From sequence record DRR723986_20371: DNA of 37,556 nucleotides; one strand, given 5' to 3'. Shown here piece after piece: positions 8,849 through 18,593 of the stretch. The notes below the pieces were generated by a model. That model made no database searches. It was not told the origin of the DNA and saw only the letters and a program-made list of their open reading frames with translations. The translations under genes and the position numbers were made by a program. Position 1 is the first letter of the stretch. Every line of letters begins with the position of its first letter.

Positions 8849-10078
8849 TTATGCGTCTTTTTTACCCTTTTTAAGCTCTATTACTGTGATTTCTGGCCAT
8901 ATTCCTACGCGACCAGGATAACCTAAATATCCAAATCCTCTATTAACATTAAGATATTGATCAAATGACTCATATATACCTGCCCATTGCTTGTAGCGCC
9001 ATTTAACAGGACTCCATTTAATCCAACCAGGAATTTCAATACCAAACTGCATTCCATGGGTATGACCACTTAAGGTTAAATGATAATGATAATCATCTTT
9101 TACTACCTCTGCATCCCAATGACTAGGATCGTGGCTCATTAAAATCTTAAAGTCTTTAGCGTCAATACCACTAGTTGCTTTTTTAAGATCACCTGCTTTT
9201 TTAAATCCACCTTTACCCCAATTTTCTACTCCAATAACGGCAATTCGCTCACCATTCTTTTCAAGATATCTACTTTCATTAAGTAGTAAATCAAAACCTA
9301 TTTCTTTCTGTATAGACTTTAAATCTTCTAGGTTTTGAGATTTCTCTTCTTTAGAAGGCCAATCTACATAATCACCATAATCATGATTTCCGAGTACTGA
9401 AAATTTTCCATCTTCAGCTCTTAATTTAGCAAAGGTGGACTTCCATGGTAGCATTTCTGAAGCTTTATTATTCACCATGTCACCTGTAAACATCAAAACA
9501 TCAGATTTTTGTTCATTAATGAGATTAATAGCATATTCAATTTTCTCCTTATTATCAAAACTACCTGAATGGATGTCGCTTATTTGAGTAATTCTATAAC
9601 CATCAAAAGCCTTTGGTAAATCATCAAAATGAAGCGTATAATTGAGGACTCTGAAATTATATTTTCCCTTATACATGCCATATAGCAAGGATGCGAATGG
9701 TATGGCTGCTAACCCTAAAGCGATCTGACTAACAAATTTTCGCCTAGACGGCACATGTAAGCCATCTTTTGTGCCTGATAATTTTTGATATACACCATAT
9801 ATGCCTCGTAAGATATCCTCTCCGAATAAAACAGGAACCAACACTAAATTTAGAGCCATAAAAGCAAGTAGAAATCCAAAAGCATAACTCTTAGCCGGAT
9901 CTAACACTCGCCCTTCTGATGAGGTTGTAAACTGAAAAATAAAATTACCTATCACCAGTAAAGCTACTGCAATAAAAGTGTAATGCAACCAACTTTGTTT
10001 GGTCACTGTTTTAATAGCCTGAAAACCATAAATGGTAAACACAGCATAAATCACTATAAAAATTACCCAACGTGTCAT
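8849..10078 (-). CDS. Membrane-anchored metallophosphoesterase (YkuE/YaeI-like)
   Basis: SDIH, TGDMVN, LGNHD, MSHDP, LSGHTHG and NRGFG motifs; N-terminal TM helices. Confidence 0.92.
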   Translation of the reverse strand: MTRWVIFIVIYAVFTIYGFQAIKTVTKQSWLHYTFIAVALLVIGNFIFQFTTSSEGRVLDPAKSYAFGFLLAFMALNLVLVPVLFGEDILRGIYGVYQKLSGTKDGLHVPSRRKFVSQIALGLAAIPFASLLYGMYKGKYNFRVLNYTLHFDDLPKAFDGYRITQISDIHSGSFDNKEKIEYAINLINEQKSDVLMFTGDMVNNKASEMLPWKSTFAKLRAEDGKFSVLGNHDYGDYVDWPSKEEKSQNLEDLKSIQKEIGFDLLLNESRYLEKNGERIAVIGVENWGKGGFKKAGDLKKATSGIDAKDFKILMSHDPSHWDAEVVKDDYHYHLTLSGHTHGMQFGIEIPGWIKWSPVKWRYKQWAGIYESFDQYLNVNRGFGYLGYPGRVGIWPEITVIELKKGKKDA

Positions 10079-10095
10079 AACAATTTCTGTAGTTG

Positions 10096-10103
10096 CAAAA
10101 TTA
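10096..10103 (-). promoter_or_regulatory. -7 box for the metallophosphoesterase gene
   Basis: TAATTTTG on the minus strand in the 42-bp gap after the GH2 gene. Confidence 0.55.
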
Positions 10104-10120
10104 ATGATAAGCTAACGGAG

Positions 10121-12601
10121 TTATCTTATGAAATTGTTAAAGCTTTTTATTTGAAAATCTTCCAATACCATAGTTGCAGCTTCTGTAACAAAATCAATAG
10201 TTATAGCTTCATTAGGGAGTAAGTCGAAAAAGTTATCAGTGAAATGACCTTTAACTTTGGTGTGCAGAAATACATCTTTTTGAAGTGTTTCACTTTTTAA
10301 TTCAATTGAAAATCCATTATCGGTTTTAGTTATGGTTTTTTGAATTTCGGCTTGTTTTAAATTGAGGTCTTTTGGTTTTACTAAATATCTTAAGTGTCTT
10401 CTGTTATTAAAATATACCTCTGCTACAACTTCAGATTTATCAAGATTTAAATCGCTTAAATTGAGCCTGTATTTTTTTTCACTTGAATTGCCATTAACAA
10501 TAATCTTCTGGATGTCTGCCCATAACAGATTGCCTTCAAAATCAATAACCTTCAACAGTAGATCATCTTCAAAAATCTTTAAATCATCATTTACAACCCA
10601 AACACTTAAAATATCATCTTTAACTTCTGATGTTACCAAAATATTATCGAAAACACGCTTGGCTTTATAATGTAATGCCTTCCAATTCCCAGAATAGTCA
10701 ATACTGCTCCAAGACACAGCAGGCCAACAATCGTTGAGTTGCCAAAACAAGGTTCCCATATTATAAGGTTTCGCTCGTCGTTGTGCTTCTATCCCTTTTG
10801 TAATTCCATAAGCCTGCAATAATTGACTCATATACACATAATCTTCTGCACTTTCAGGCATAGGAAAATCACGTTGCATATACTCTTCAATCAACTGAAA
10901 TCCTCTAATATGTTTTTGATGGTTTTTAAAGCCTTCAGAACTTATTTCAATTGAATCATTTTGATTGATAAATTGAATCGTTTCATAACTTGGAAAGGAT
11001 TGAAAGCCAAACTCACTCATAAAGCGTGGTACATTATCTTCTAAATGTACAAATGGATAACCATCGTGCCAAATCCACCAATCGTGTGCATCACCTTCGG
11101 TTTTGTATTTTGGATTTCCACGACCATATTTTGGAGAAGATTCCCAGTAATCTGTATCTGTTAATGAAGTAACTGCTTTTGGTAGAATAGAATCGAATAC
11201 TTTGAGGTAGTTATTCCAAATTTCATCTTTCTCTTCTTCACTTCTATTAGCTTGCCAGCCCCATCGGTACCAACCTTCTGAGTTTTCATTATTACCACAC
11301 CATAATGCAATACTGACATGATTTCGAAGTCTTTTCACATTGTCAATTGCTTCTTGTTGGACATTTTTTAAATAATCCTTATCACCAGGATACATAGCAC
11401 AAGCAAACATAAAATCTTGCCAAACCAGAATTCCTTTTTCATCGCATAAATCATAAAAAATATCATTCTCATAGATACCTCCTCCCCAAACTCTGAGCAT
11501 ATTCATATTGGCATCAACGACATCATCAAGTAATTCTTCATAGTGTTTATCATTTACCCAATTTTGAAAACTATGCTGTGGAATATAATTCGCGCCTTTA
11601 GCATAAACAGGCACATCGTTGACCTTAAAATAAAAGGATTCGCCAATACTATCTTTTTCATTAAACAATTCAATGGTTCTTATGCCATGTTTTACAGAAA
11701 TACTATCCAATATCTTTTTACCTTCTTTAACCACAACTTTGATATCATATAAATAGGGTTCGCCTAGATTATGAGGCCACCAAAGTTTTGGATTTTGGAT
11801 TTCAATTTTATTATACTGCTGAAAATTTATAAAAGTAGGTTCAGATGTTTTAATTAAACTATCATTAACATATATGTGATATAATATTGTTTTGTCCAAT
11901 TCAACATTAGACCTTTTGTTAACCTCCATTGATAAATAAGCAATAGTATCTGTTAACTCTAAATTTCTAAAATGAATCTCATCAATCTTAAGAGCATCCC
12001 AAGCCACCAAATTAATTGGTCTCCAAATCCCACTAGTGTTTAATTTTGGTCCCCAATCCCAACCGTATTGAAATTGTGCTTTGCGTGTAAATATGCGATT
12101 GCCTTCAGGTAATTCGTAAGGTAGTTTTGCCTTTTCTGCTTCTTCGTACTTTGAGGTATTTTCAAATACTATTCTCAATTCATTTTTTGGTTTTACAATC
12201 GATTTCACATCGACTTGCCATTCTCTAAATGCGTTATTAGCTTTTAAAATTAAACTGTCATTTAGGTATATTGAAGCATAGGTATCTAATCCTTCAAAAT
12301 TGAGTTCAATATTTTTCTGATTGAGTGTTTCAACTTCCAAAGAAAACGAAGTTTTATATTCCCAATCCGTTTCAGAAACCCATTGTACATCTTTTTCGTT
12401 ATCGTCGATTAAAGGGTCGTCAATCAATTTAATTTCCATTAAATCAGTAAAGACGTTTCCAGGAACCGTAGCAGAACGCCAAATAGAATCTGAAACTTTC
12501 TTGAATTGCCAATTATTATCAATTCTAATAGTAATAGGCACATCATGTTTTGGTTGACAACTAAAACACCATAAAATCAATAATAGAAAACTATATCGCA
12601 T
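10121..12601 (-). CDS. GH2 beta-mannosidase, predicted lipoprotein
   Basis: RKAQFQYGWDWGP, GANYIP, LRVWGGG, WCGNNE, FMSEFG and WQLNDCWP motifs; signal peptide ending CFSC. Confidence 0.92.
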   Translation of the reverse strand: MRYSFLLLILWCFSCQPKHDVPITIRIDNNWQFKKVSDSIWRSATVPGNVFTDLMEIKLIDDPLIDDNEKDVQWVSETDWEYKTSFSLEVETLNQKNIELNFEGLDTYASIYLNDSLILKANNAFREWQVDVKSIVKPKNELRIVFENTSKYEEAEKAKLPYELPEGNRIFTRKAQFQYGWDWGPKLNTSGIWRPINLVAWDALKIDEIHFRNLELTDTIAYLSMEVNKRSNVELDKTILYHIYVNDSLIKTSEPTFINFQQYNKIEIQNPKLWWPHNLGEPYLYDIKVVVKEGKKILDSISVKHGIRTIELFNEKDSIGESFYFKVNDVPVYAKGANYIPQHSFQNWVNDKHYEELLDDVVDANMNMLRVWGGGIYENDIFYDLCDEKGILVWQDFMFACAMYPGDKDYLKNVQQEAIDNVKRLRNHVSIALWCGNNENSEGWYRWGWQANRSEEEKDEIWNNYLKVFDSILPKAVTSLTDTDYWESSPKYGRGNPKYKTEGDAHDWWIWHDGYPFVHLEDNVPRFMSEFGFQSFPSYETIQFINQNDSIEISSEGFKNHQKHIRGFQLIEEYMQRDFPMPESAEDYVYMSQLLQAYGITKGIEAQRRAKPYNMGTLFWQLNDCWPAVSWSSIDYSGNWKALHYKAKRVFDNILVTSEVKDDILSVWVVNDDLKIFEDDLLLKVIDFEGNLLWADIQKIIVNGNSSEKKYRLNLSDLNLDKSEVVAEVYFNNRRHLRYLVKPKDLNLKQAEIQKTITKTDNGFSIELKSETLQKDVFLHTKVKGHFTDNFFDLLPNEAITIDFVTEAATMVLEDFQIKSFNNFIR

Positions 12602-13280
12602 CTAAAATCGCTTTAATATTTTGAGAATCGGAATAGGTTATTTCCATCGAAAATCTAGAATCATCTTTTTCAAATTTAGAGGATGCTGAGGCATGAATTT
12701 CTTTCAGCCCAGCTTCTTTAAATTTCAAAGCATTATCTGCATTAATACCAGATCCTGCTAAAATTGTAATTCTTCCTTTTGAAATTTCATTTAATTCTTT
12801 TAATAGTACAAGACCCTTTTCAGCTGATTTTTCTTGACCAGAAGTTAATACACGTTCCACACCTAAGTCAATTAATTGTTCTAGTGCTTCTTTTGGATTT
12901 AATACCTCATCAAAAGCACGATGAAATGTAAATTCTAATGGCCTTGAAAGGTCAACCAACTCTTTTGTTCTTTCAATATCGATGGTTTTATTTTCTTTTA
13001 AAACACCTGAAACGATTCCCGAGCAACCTAAATCTTTGCAAAGTTGTATATCCTGCTTCATAATTTCGAACTCATCATCAGAATATAAAAAATGGCCTCC
13101 TCGAGGTCGAATTAAAACAAAAACTGGAATTTTTATATGTGCCACAACTTGCTTCAACAATCCATAAGAAGGTGTTATACCTCCAACGGATAATTCTTGA
13201 CATAATTCAATGCGACGCGCTCCAGCTTCTTGAGCATTTTTTGCAGATTGGTATGAGTTGGCGCAGATTTCTAGAAGCAT
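12591..13280 (-). CDS. cutC: CutC-family TIM-barrel protein (PF03932; usually labelled copper homeostasis protein)
   Basis: LEIC, RIELC..L..GGITPS, IRPRGG.F, TFHRAFD, VLTSG and IHAS motifs. Confidence 0.93.
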   Translation of the reverse strand: MLLEICANSYQSAKNAQEAGARRIELCQELSVGGITPSYGLLKQVVAHIKIPVFVLIRPRGGHFLYSDDEFEIMKQDIQLCKDLGCSGIVSGVLKENKTIDIERTKELVDLSRPLEFTFHRAFDEVLNPKEALEQLIDLGVERVLTSGQEKSAEKGLVLLKELNEISKGRITILAGSGINADNALKFKEAGLKEIHASASSKFEKDDSRFSMEITYSDSQNIKAILDAI

Positions 13281-13281
13281 A

Positions 13282-15582
13282 TCAGTTTATAATTATCTCG
13301 TCAATAAAGGTCCAAGCCTTGTTACCTGCACCTTGTTTACCTTCAGGAATACTGCCGTAATTTGGAACTTTTATAGTAATTGATTTAACTTTAATATTTA
13401 ATCCTTTAGGATAATTAAACTTGTAATTAAATGGTACAATGGTGTCATCACTTTTCGGCAACGTTAATCTGTCAGAAGCTATACTACAGTCATCAAGTAA
13501 AAATTTAATACTAATTTCTTTTGGTGCATATATCCACTGTCCGTTGCCGTTGTAGAAACGAGTTTTTATAGAATCGACAACTTTTAGATTATTCAATTCA
13601 ATAGTAATTTCAATATCGTCTCCCCAAAAGCCTATCCATTCCTTATCACCATATCTGGTGTCACTTCCAGAAATACCATTTATTAATCCTTGTGCACCAT
13701 TACCTGAATATGCTTTATGAGGTTCTTTATTTATATAAATTTTTGCTCCAACAGCTTTATGATAATTAACGTTTTGACTGAAAGTATGACCTAGTTGTTT
13801 TTCGGCATTAAAAACTGCTGCTTTTATAATTACACTTTCTGTAATTGGAATTTTGGATTTGTAAACTAAGGAATTTGTATTTGGTTCACTTCCATCTAAT
13901 GTATAGCGTATTGTTTTTCCTTCGGTCAAAGTTTCAAGTTGGTAAAATGAACTGTCATTTTGAGTAACCATATCACCTTGCATCTCATATAAATGATTAG
14001 CATAATTAATATCTAAGGCATCTAATCGCTTATGGAAGCTTTCTACTCTAGATACAAAATCGTCATAATCTTTCTGCTTAGAATCTGACCATAACACTTC
14101 ACTCATGGCTAACATTCTAGGAAAAGCCATGTACTCTACTTGGTCTTCTGTCACCATGTATTCGGTCCAGATATTTCCTTGTGCACCCAAAACATACTTT
14201 GCTTCTTCTTGAGTTAATTCTTCTGGAATTGGATTAAATCCATATACTTTTTCTAATGGTAAATAACCTCCTATAGCTAAGGGTTCTTCTTCTCCAACGG
14301 ACTGATAATAATCAAAATAACAATGCGATGTTGGTGTCATAACCACATTATGACCTGCTTTTGCAGCTTGGACTGCACCATTGGTTCCTCTCCAAGACAT
14401 AACCGTTGCATTAGGCGCCAAACCACCTTCTAAAATTTCGTCCCAGCCAATAATCTGTCGGCCTTTTGAATTGAGATATTTTTCCATTCTGGTGATAAAA
14501 TAATTCTGAAGTTCGTGCTCATCTTTTAGACCTTCACTTTTAATTTTTGCCTGGCAATTAGCACATGATTTCCAACGTGTTTTTGGCGCCTCATCACCAC
14601 CAATATGAATGTATTTACTTGGAAACAATTCCAAAACCTCATCCAAAACATCTTCAAGAAAATTAAAAGTTTCATCCTTAGTACAATAAATTTCTTCAAA
14701 AACTCCCCATTTTTTAGCAACTTCAACCTGCTCACCTGTACATCCTAATTCTGGATAAGCAGCGATAGCAGCCTGACTATGACCTGGCATTTCAATTTCC
14801 GGAATTATAGTAATAAAACGCTTTTCAGCATAAGCTACAATATCTTTTATCTCTTCTTGTGTATAAAAACCTCCATATTTTTTTCCATCAAATTGATGTG
14901 GTTGATTACTATAATGACCTACTAAAGTTTCATCTCTATAAGCTGCTATTTCTTGCAGTTTTGGATATTTTTTAATCTCAATACGCCAACCTTGATCTTC
15001 TGTTAAATGCCAATGGAAGGTGTTCATCTTTAGCATGGCCAAAGCATCAATATACTTTTTAATAAAATCTACAGAATACAAATGACGACCAACATCCAAA
15101 TGCATGCCTCGATATGAAAATTGAGGTATGTCACTTATTACTATGTTTCTGATTGCAACTTTATGTTTGTCATAAGTACCATTTTCAAAAGAAACTGGGA
15201 GCATCTGCCTTAAGGTTTGTACTGCATAAAAAGCACCTTGATCCGTCTTTGCCCTAATTTGAATTCTGTTTGAATTAATATCAATGATATAAGCATCATC
15301 CTTCTTTATATCTGAATTGAAAATAAATTCTATTTCTTTAGAATTCTGAATTTTGATGTCACTTCCCTGTTCTATATAAGATTTTAAATACTCAGCTGAA
15401 GTTTTAAAAGTTCCGTGATAAGAAATTCCTGTAGAACTATCTAATACAAAATATCCATCTGTATCAATTTGTATGGTTGGTATGGGAATAATTTGAGGTT
15501 CAAGAAGTTCAAAGGTTTTTTCTGTACATCCATAAACAAGAAAAATGAAAAGGAAAATACTGATAAGGTTCTTGAAATGCAT
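13282..15582 (-). CDS. GH20 beta-N-acetylhexosaminidase lipoprotein with C-terminal Fn3-associated and F5/8-like domains
   Basis: YRGMHLDVGRH, HWHLTEDQGWR, PEIEMPGH, HIGGDE (catalytic DE) and WTEY motifs; lipobox VYGC. Confidence 0.95.
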   Translation of the reverse strand: MHFKNLISIFLFIFLVYGCTEKTFELLEPQIIPIPTIQIDTDGYFVLDSSTGISYHGTFKTSAEYLKSYIEQGSDIKIQNSKEIEFIFNSDIKKDDAYIIDINSNRIQIRAKTDQGAFYAVQTLRQMLPVSFENGTYDKHKVAIRNIVISDIPQFSYRGMHLDVGRHLYSVDFIKKYIDALAMLKMNTFHWHLTEDQGWRIEIKKYPKLQEIAAYRDETLVGHYSNQPHQFDGKKYGGFYTQEEIKDIVAYAEKRFITIIPEIEMPGHSQAAIAAYPELGCTGEQVEVAKKWGVFEEIYCTKDETFNFLEDVLDEVLELFPSKYIHIGGDEAPKTRWKSCANCQAKIKSEGLKDEHELQNYFITRMEKYLNSKGRQIIGWDEILEGGLAPNATVMSWRGTNGAVQAAKAGHNVVMTPTSHCYFDYYQSVGEEEPLAIGGYLPLEKVYGFNPIPEELTQEEAKYVLGAQGNIWTEYMVTEDQVEYMAFPRMLAMSEVLWSDSKQKDYDDFVSRVESFHKRLDALDINYANHLYEMQGDMVTQNDSSFYQLETLTEGKTIRYTLDGSEPNTNSLVYKSKIPITESVIIKAAVFNAEKQLGHTFSQNVNYHKAVGAKIYINKEPHKAYSGNGAQGLINGISGSDTRYGDKEWIGFWGDDIEITIELNNLKVVDSIKTRFYNGNGQWIYAPKEISIKFLLDDCSIASDRLTLPKSDDTIVPFNYKFNYPKGLNIKVKSITIKVPNYGSIPEGKQGAGNKAWTFIDEIIIN

Positions 15583-15621
15583 TTTAGTATATTAGATGCA
15601 TTAAAATTAGTAATCTTTTTG

Positions 15622-18570
15622 ATGACCTCTAAACTAACAACCGTTTTAATTGTTCTAGTCTTATTTTTAAGCTGTAAAGAATCATCCACCATAGCCCAAG
15701 CACAAAAAGATCAACCTTTAATAAATTGCGTTAATACTTTTATTGGTACTGGTGGCCATGGCCATACATATCCTGGTGCAACTTTGCCTTACGGAATGAT
15801 GCAGTTGAGTCCAGATACGCGATTAGAAGGTTGGGATGGTTGTTCTGGTTATCACTATACTGACGAATATATTTATGGTTTTTCACACACGCATTTAAGC
15901 GGTACAGGAATCAGTGATTATGGAGATGTTCTTTTAATGCCAACAAATAAAATCAATTTCAATAATGGCGCTGATGGTAAAGCAGGTTATCGTGCTCATT
16001 TTAGTCACAATAATGAAATTGCAGAACCAGGATACTATAAGGTAAAACTAGATTCTACTAACATTGATGTGGAATTGACGGTTTCTTTAAGAAGTGGTGT
16101 TCATAAATATCAATATCCTTCAAGTGAAAATCAATATGTCGTTTTAGATCTACAGCACCGCGATAAGGTATTAGACCACAAAATCACAAAGCATAACGAT
16201 TTCGAAATTAGTGGCTTTAGGCATTCTTCAGCATGGGCAAAAGATCAACGTCTCTTCTATCATATAAAATTTTCGCATCCTATTAAAAAGGTCTATTACC
16301 AAGACAGAGATGGTACACCTATAACTAAAAATTATAAGTTTGAAAGTAAACACGCTGTGCTTCTTTTTGAGAATCCAGATAACGAACCAATTATAGTAAA
16401 AACCGGAATTTCAGCTGTAGACGAAAAAGGAGCCAAAGACAATATGACTGGCGAAATTGGCGACAAAGATTTTGAAACGGTCAAAAAAGAAGCTCAGGAT
16501 TATTGGGAAAGTCAACTGGAAAAGATTGTTATTGAGAGTGAAGACATAGATAAAAAAACCAATTTTTATTCGGCCTTATATCATACAATGATTGCACCTA
16601 ACCGTTATCAAGATGTTGATGGTCGTTATAGAGGTATGGATTTAGAAATTCATCATGCCGATTTTGATTATTACACAGTATTTTCACTTTGGGATACGTA
16701 TAGAGCCGCTCATCCACTATATACAATTATTGAACAGGAACGAACCAATCATTTTATAAATACCTTTTTAGCCAAATACGATGAAGGTGGTATAATGCCT
16801 ATGTGGGATTTAGCAGGAAACTATACAGATTGTATGATTGGTTATCACGCAGTGCCAGTTGTTGCTGATGCTTACTTAAAAGGTATTAGAAATTACGATG
16901 TAGAAAAGGCGTTTGGAGCCATGAAACATTCAGCAACAAGAGATAAGTTTGGGTTAGAAGCTTATAAAACATATGGATTTATCCCAGTGGATGAAGAGAG
17001 CGAATCTGTTTCTAAAACTTTAGAGTACGCCTATGACGATTGGACCATAGCACAAATGGCAAAAGAAATGGGTAAAACCGAAGACTACAGTACCTACATA
17101 AAACGTGCGCAGTACTACAAGAATGTGTTTGACCCAGAAACTAAATTCATGCGTGGTCGATTCAGAAATACATGGTTTGCACCTTTCGATCCTTATGAAG
17201 TGAACTTTAATTATACCGAAGCCAATTCATGGCAATATAGTTTTTACGTACCGCAAGACATTTCAGGATTTATTGATTTATTAGGAGGAAAGGAAAAGCT
17301 CGAAGCACAACTTGATGAACTATTCAATGCTAAAACTGAAACTTCTGGTAGAAATCAATCCGATATTACGGGTTTAATTGGTCAATATGCTCATGGCAAC
17401 GAACCTAGTCATCACATGGCCTACCTCTATAATTTCGTTAATAAGTCTCATAAGACTCAAGAAAAGGTTCATCAAATTTTAACTGAACTCTATAAAAATG
17501 ATCCTGATGGAGTTTCTGGCAATGAAGACTGTGGACAAATGAGTGCTTGGTATGTATTAAGTTCAATGGGCTTTTATTCGGTTACACCAGGAAGTAATGA
17601 ATACATTATTGGAACTCCACTTTTTGATAAAGCCACTATTAATCTTGAAAATGGAAATCAGTTTACCATTCAGGCAAACAATTTAAGTGATATTAATATT
17701 TATGTTGAATACGTGTATTTGAATGGAGAGAAATTAGATAGAACGTATCTAAACCATCATGAAATTATAGAAGGTGGTGCATTAGAGTTTTATATGACAC
17801 ATAACCCAGCAGTTTGGGGAAGTCGTGAAGGTCAAGAACCAAAAACTGAAATTAAAGATCATATCATTTTACCTTCTCCTTATATTGAAGAAGGTGATAT
17901 TACGTTTAGAGAAGAAACAGAAGTTGTGCTGAATACTTCTGAGCAAGACGCAAAAATCTATTATGCTGTAAATAATGAGGATTTTCAATTGTATGAAAAA
18001 CCGTTTACTCTGAATGAAGATGCCAGTGTAAAATTATATTCAGAAAAAGGTGAATTAAAAAGTCCTATTCTAACCACACCTTTCTTTAAAATTGATCCAA
18101 ATCTCAGTATAACCTTAGAAAGTGAATTTGCAAATCAATACTCTGCCGGTGGAAATGATGCACTTATTGATGGTATAAGAAGCACCAAAAACTATCGTAC
18201 AGGAAGTTGGCAAGGCTATCATAATAGAGACCTAAATGCGACCGTTAGTTTAGGATGTGAAAAAGAAATCTCAACTGTTGAGGTTAACTTTTTACAAGAC
18301 CAAGGCGCTTGGATTTTCTACCCAACAGAGGTGCAATGCTTAGTCTCAAAAGACAATAAAAACTTTAAAGCTTTACCATCTCAAAAAATAGATGCTTCAA
18401 AACGAAATAGTGAACTCGAAATAAAAACGATTACATTTAACGTTCCTGATGGAAATTATAAATATGTAAAAATCATTGCAAAGAAAATGGGTGAATTACC
18501 TGAGTGGCATTTGGGTTATCCTTATGACGGTAGAAGCTGGATTTTTGTGGATGAAATATCTATTAAATAA
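15622..18570 (+). CDS. GH92 alpha-mannosidase lipoprotein with C-terminal F5/8-like domain
   Basis: GHTYPGA, FSHTHLSGTG, FSLWDTYRA, YTEANSWQY, HGNEPSHH and GNEDCGQMSAW motifs. Start moved to ATG 15622, which gives a lipoprotein signal (MTSKLTTVLIVLVLFLSC) and removes the overlap with GH20. Confidence 0.93.
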   Translation: MTSKLTTVLIVLVLFLSCKESSTIAQAQKDQPLINCVNTFIGTGGHGHTYPGATLPYGMMQLSPDTRLEGWDGCSGYHYTDEYIYGFSHTHLSGTGISDYGDVLLMPTNKINFNNGADGKAGYRAHFSHNNEIAEPGYYKVKLDSTNIDVELTVSLRSGVHKYQYPSSENQYVVLDLQHRDKVLDHKITKHNDFEISGFRHSSAWAKDQRLFYHIKFSHPIKKVYYQDRDGTPITKNYKFESKHAVLLFENPDNEPIIVKTGISAVDEKGAKDNMTGEIGDKDFETVKKEAQDYWESQLEKIVIESEDIDKKTNFYSALYHTMIAPNRYQDVDGRYRGMDLEIHHADFDYYTVFSLWDTYRAAHPLYTIIEQERTNHFINTFLAKYDEGGIMPMWDLAGNYTDCMIGYHAVPVVADAYLKGIRNYDVEKAFGAMKHSATRDKFGLEAYKTYGFIPVDEESESVSKTLEYAYDDWTIAQMAKEMGKTEDYSTYIKRAQYYKNVFDPETKFMRGRFRNTWFAPFDPYEVNFNYTEANSWQYSFYVPQDISGFIDLLGGKEKLEAQLDELFNAKTETSGRNQSDITGLIGQYAHGNEPSHHMAYLYNFVNKSHKTQEKVHQILTELYKNDPDGVSGNEDCGQMSAWYVLSSMGFYSVTPGSNEYIIGTPLFDKATINLENGNQFTIQANNLSDINIYVEYVYLNGEKLDRTYLNHHEIIEGGALEFYMTHNPAVWGSREGQEPKTEIKDHIILPSPYIEEGDITFREETEVVLNTSEQDAKIYYAVNNEDFQLYEKPFTLNEDASVKLYSEKGELKSPILTTPFFKIDPNLSITLESEFANQYSAGGNDALIDGIRSTKNYRTGSWQGYHNRDLNATVSLGCEKEISTVEVNFLQDQGAWIFYPTEVQCLVSKDNKNFKALPSQKIDASKRNSELEIKTITFNVPDGNYKYVKIIAKKMGELPEWHLGYPYDGRSWIFVDEISIK

Positions 18571-18593
18571 ACACTAACTAACAATTACATAAA

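Noticed and set aside
12591-13280. Copper-resistance locus reading of cutC
   Set aside because: Rests only on the family name; no metal-handling genes are present and the neighbours are glycosidases.
15469-15621. N-terminal extension of the GH92 ORF in the ORF track
   Set aside because: Overlaps the GH20 gene head-to-head and hides the lipoprotein signal that starts at ATG 15622.
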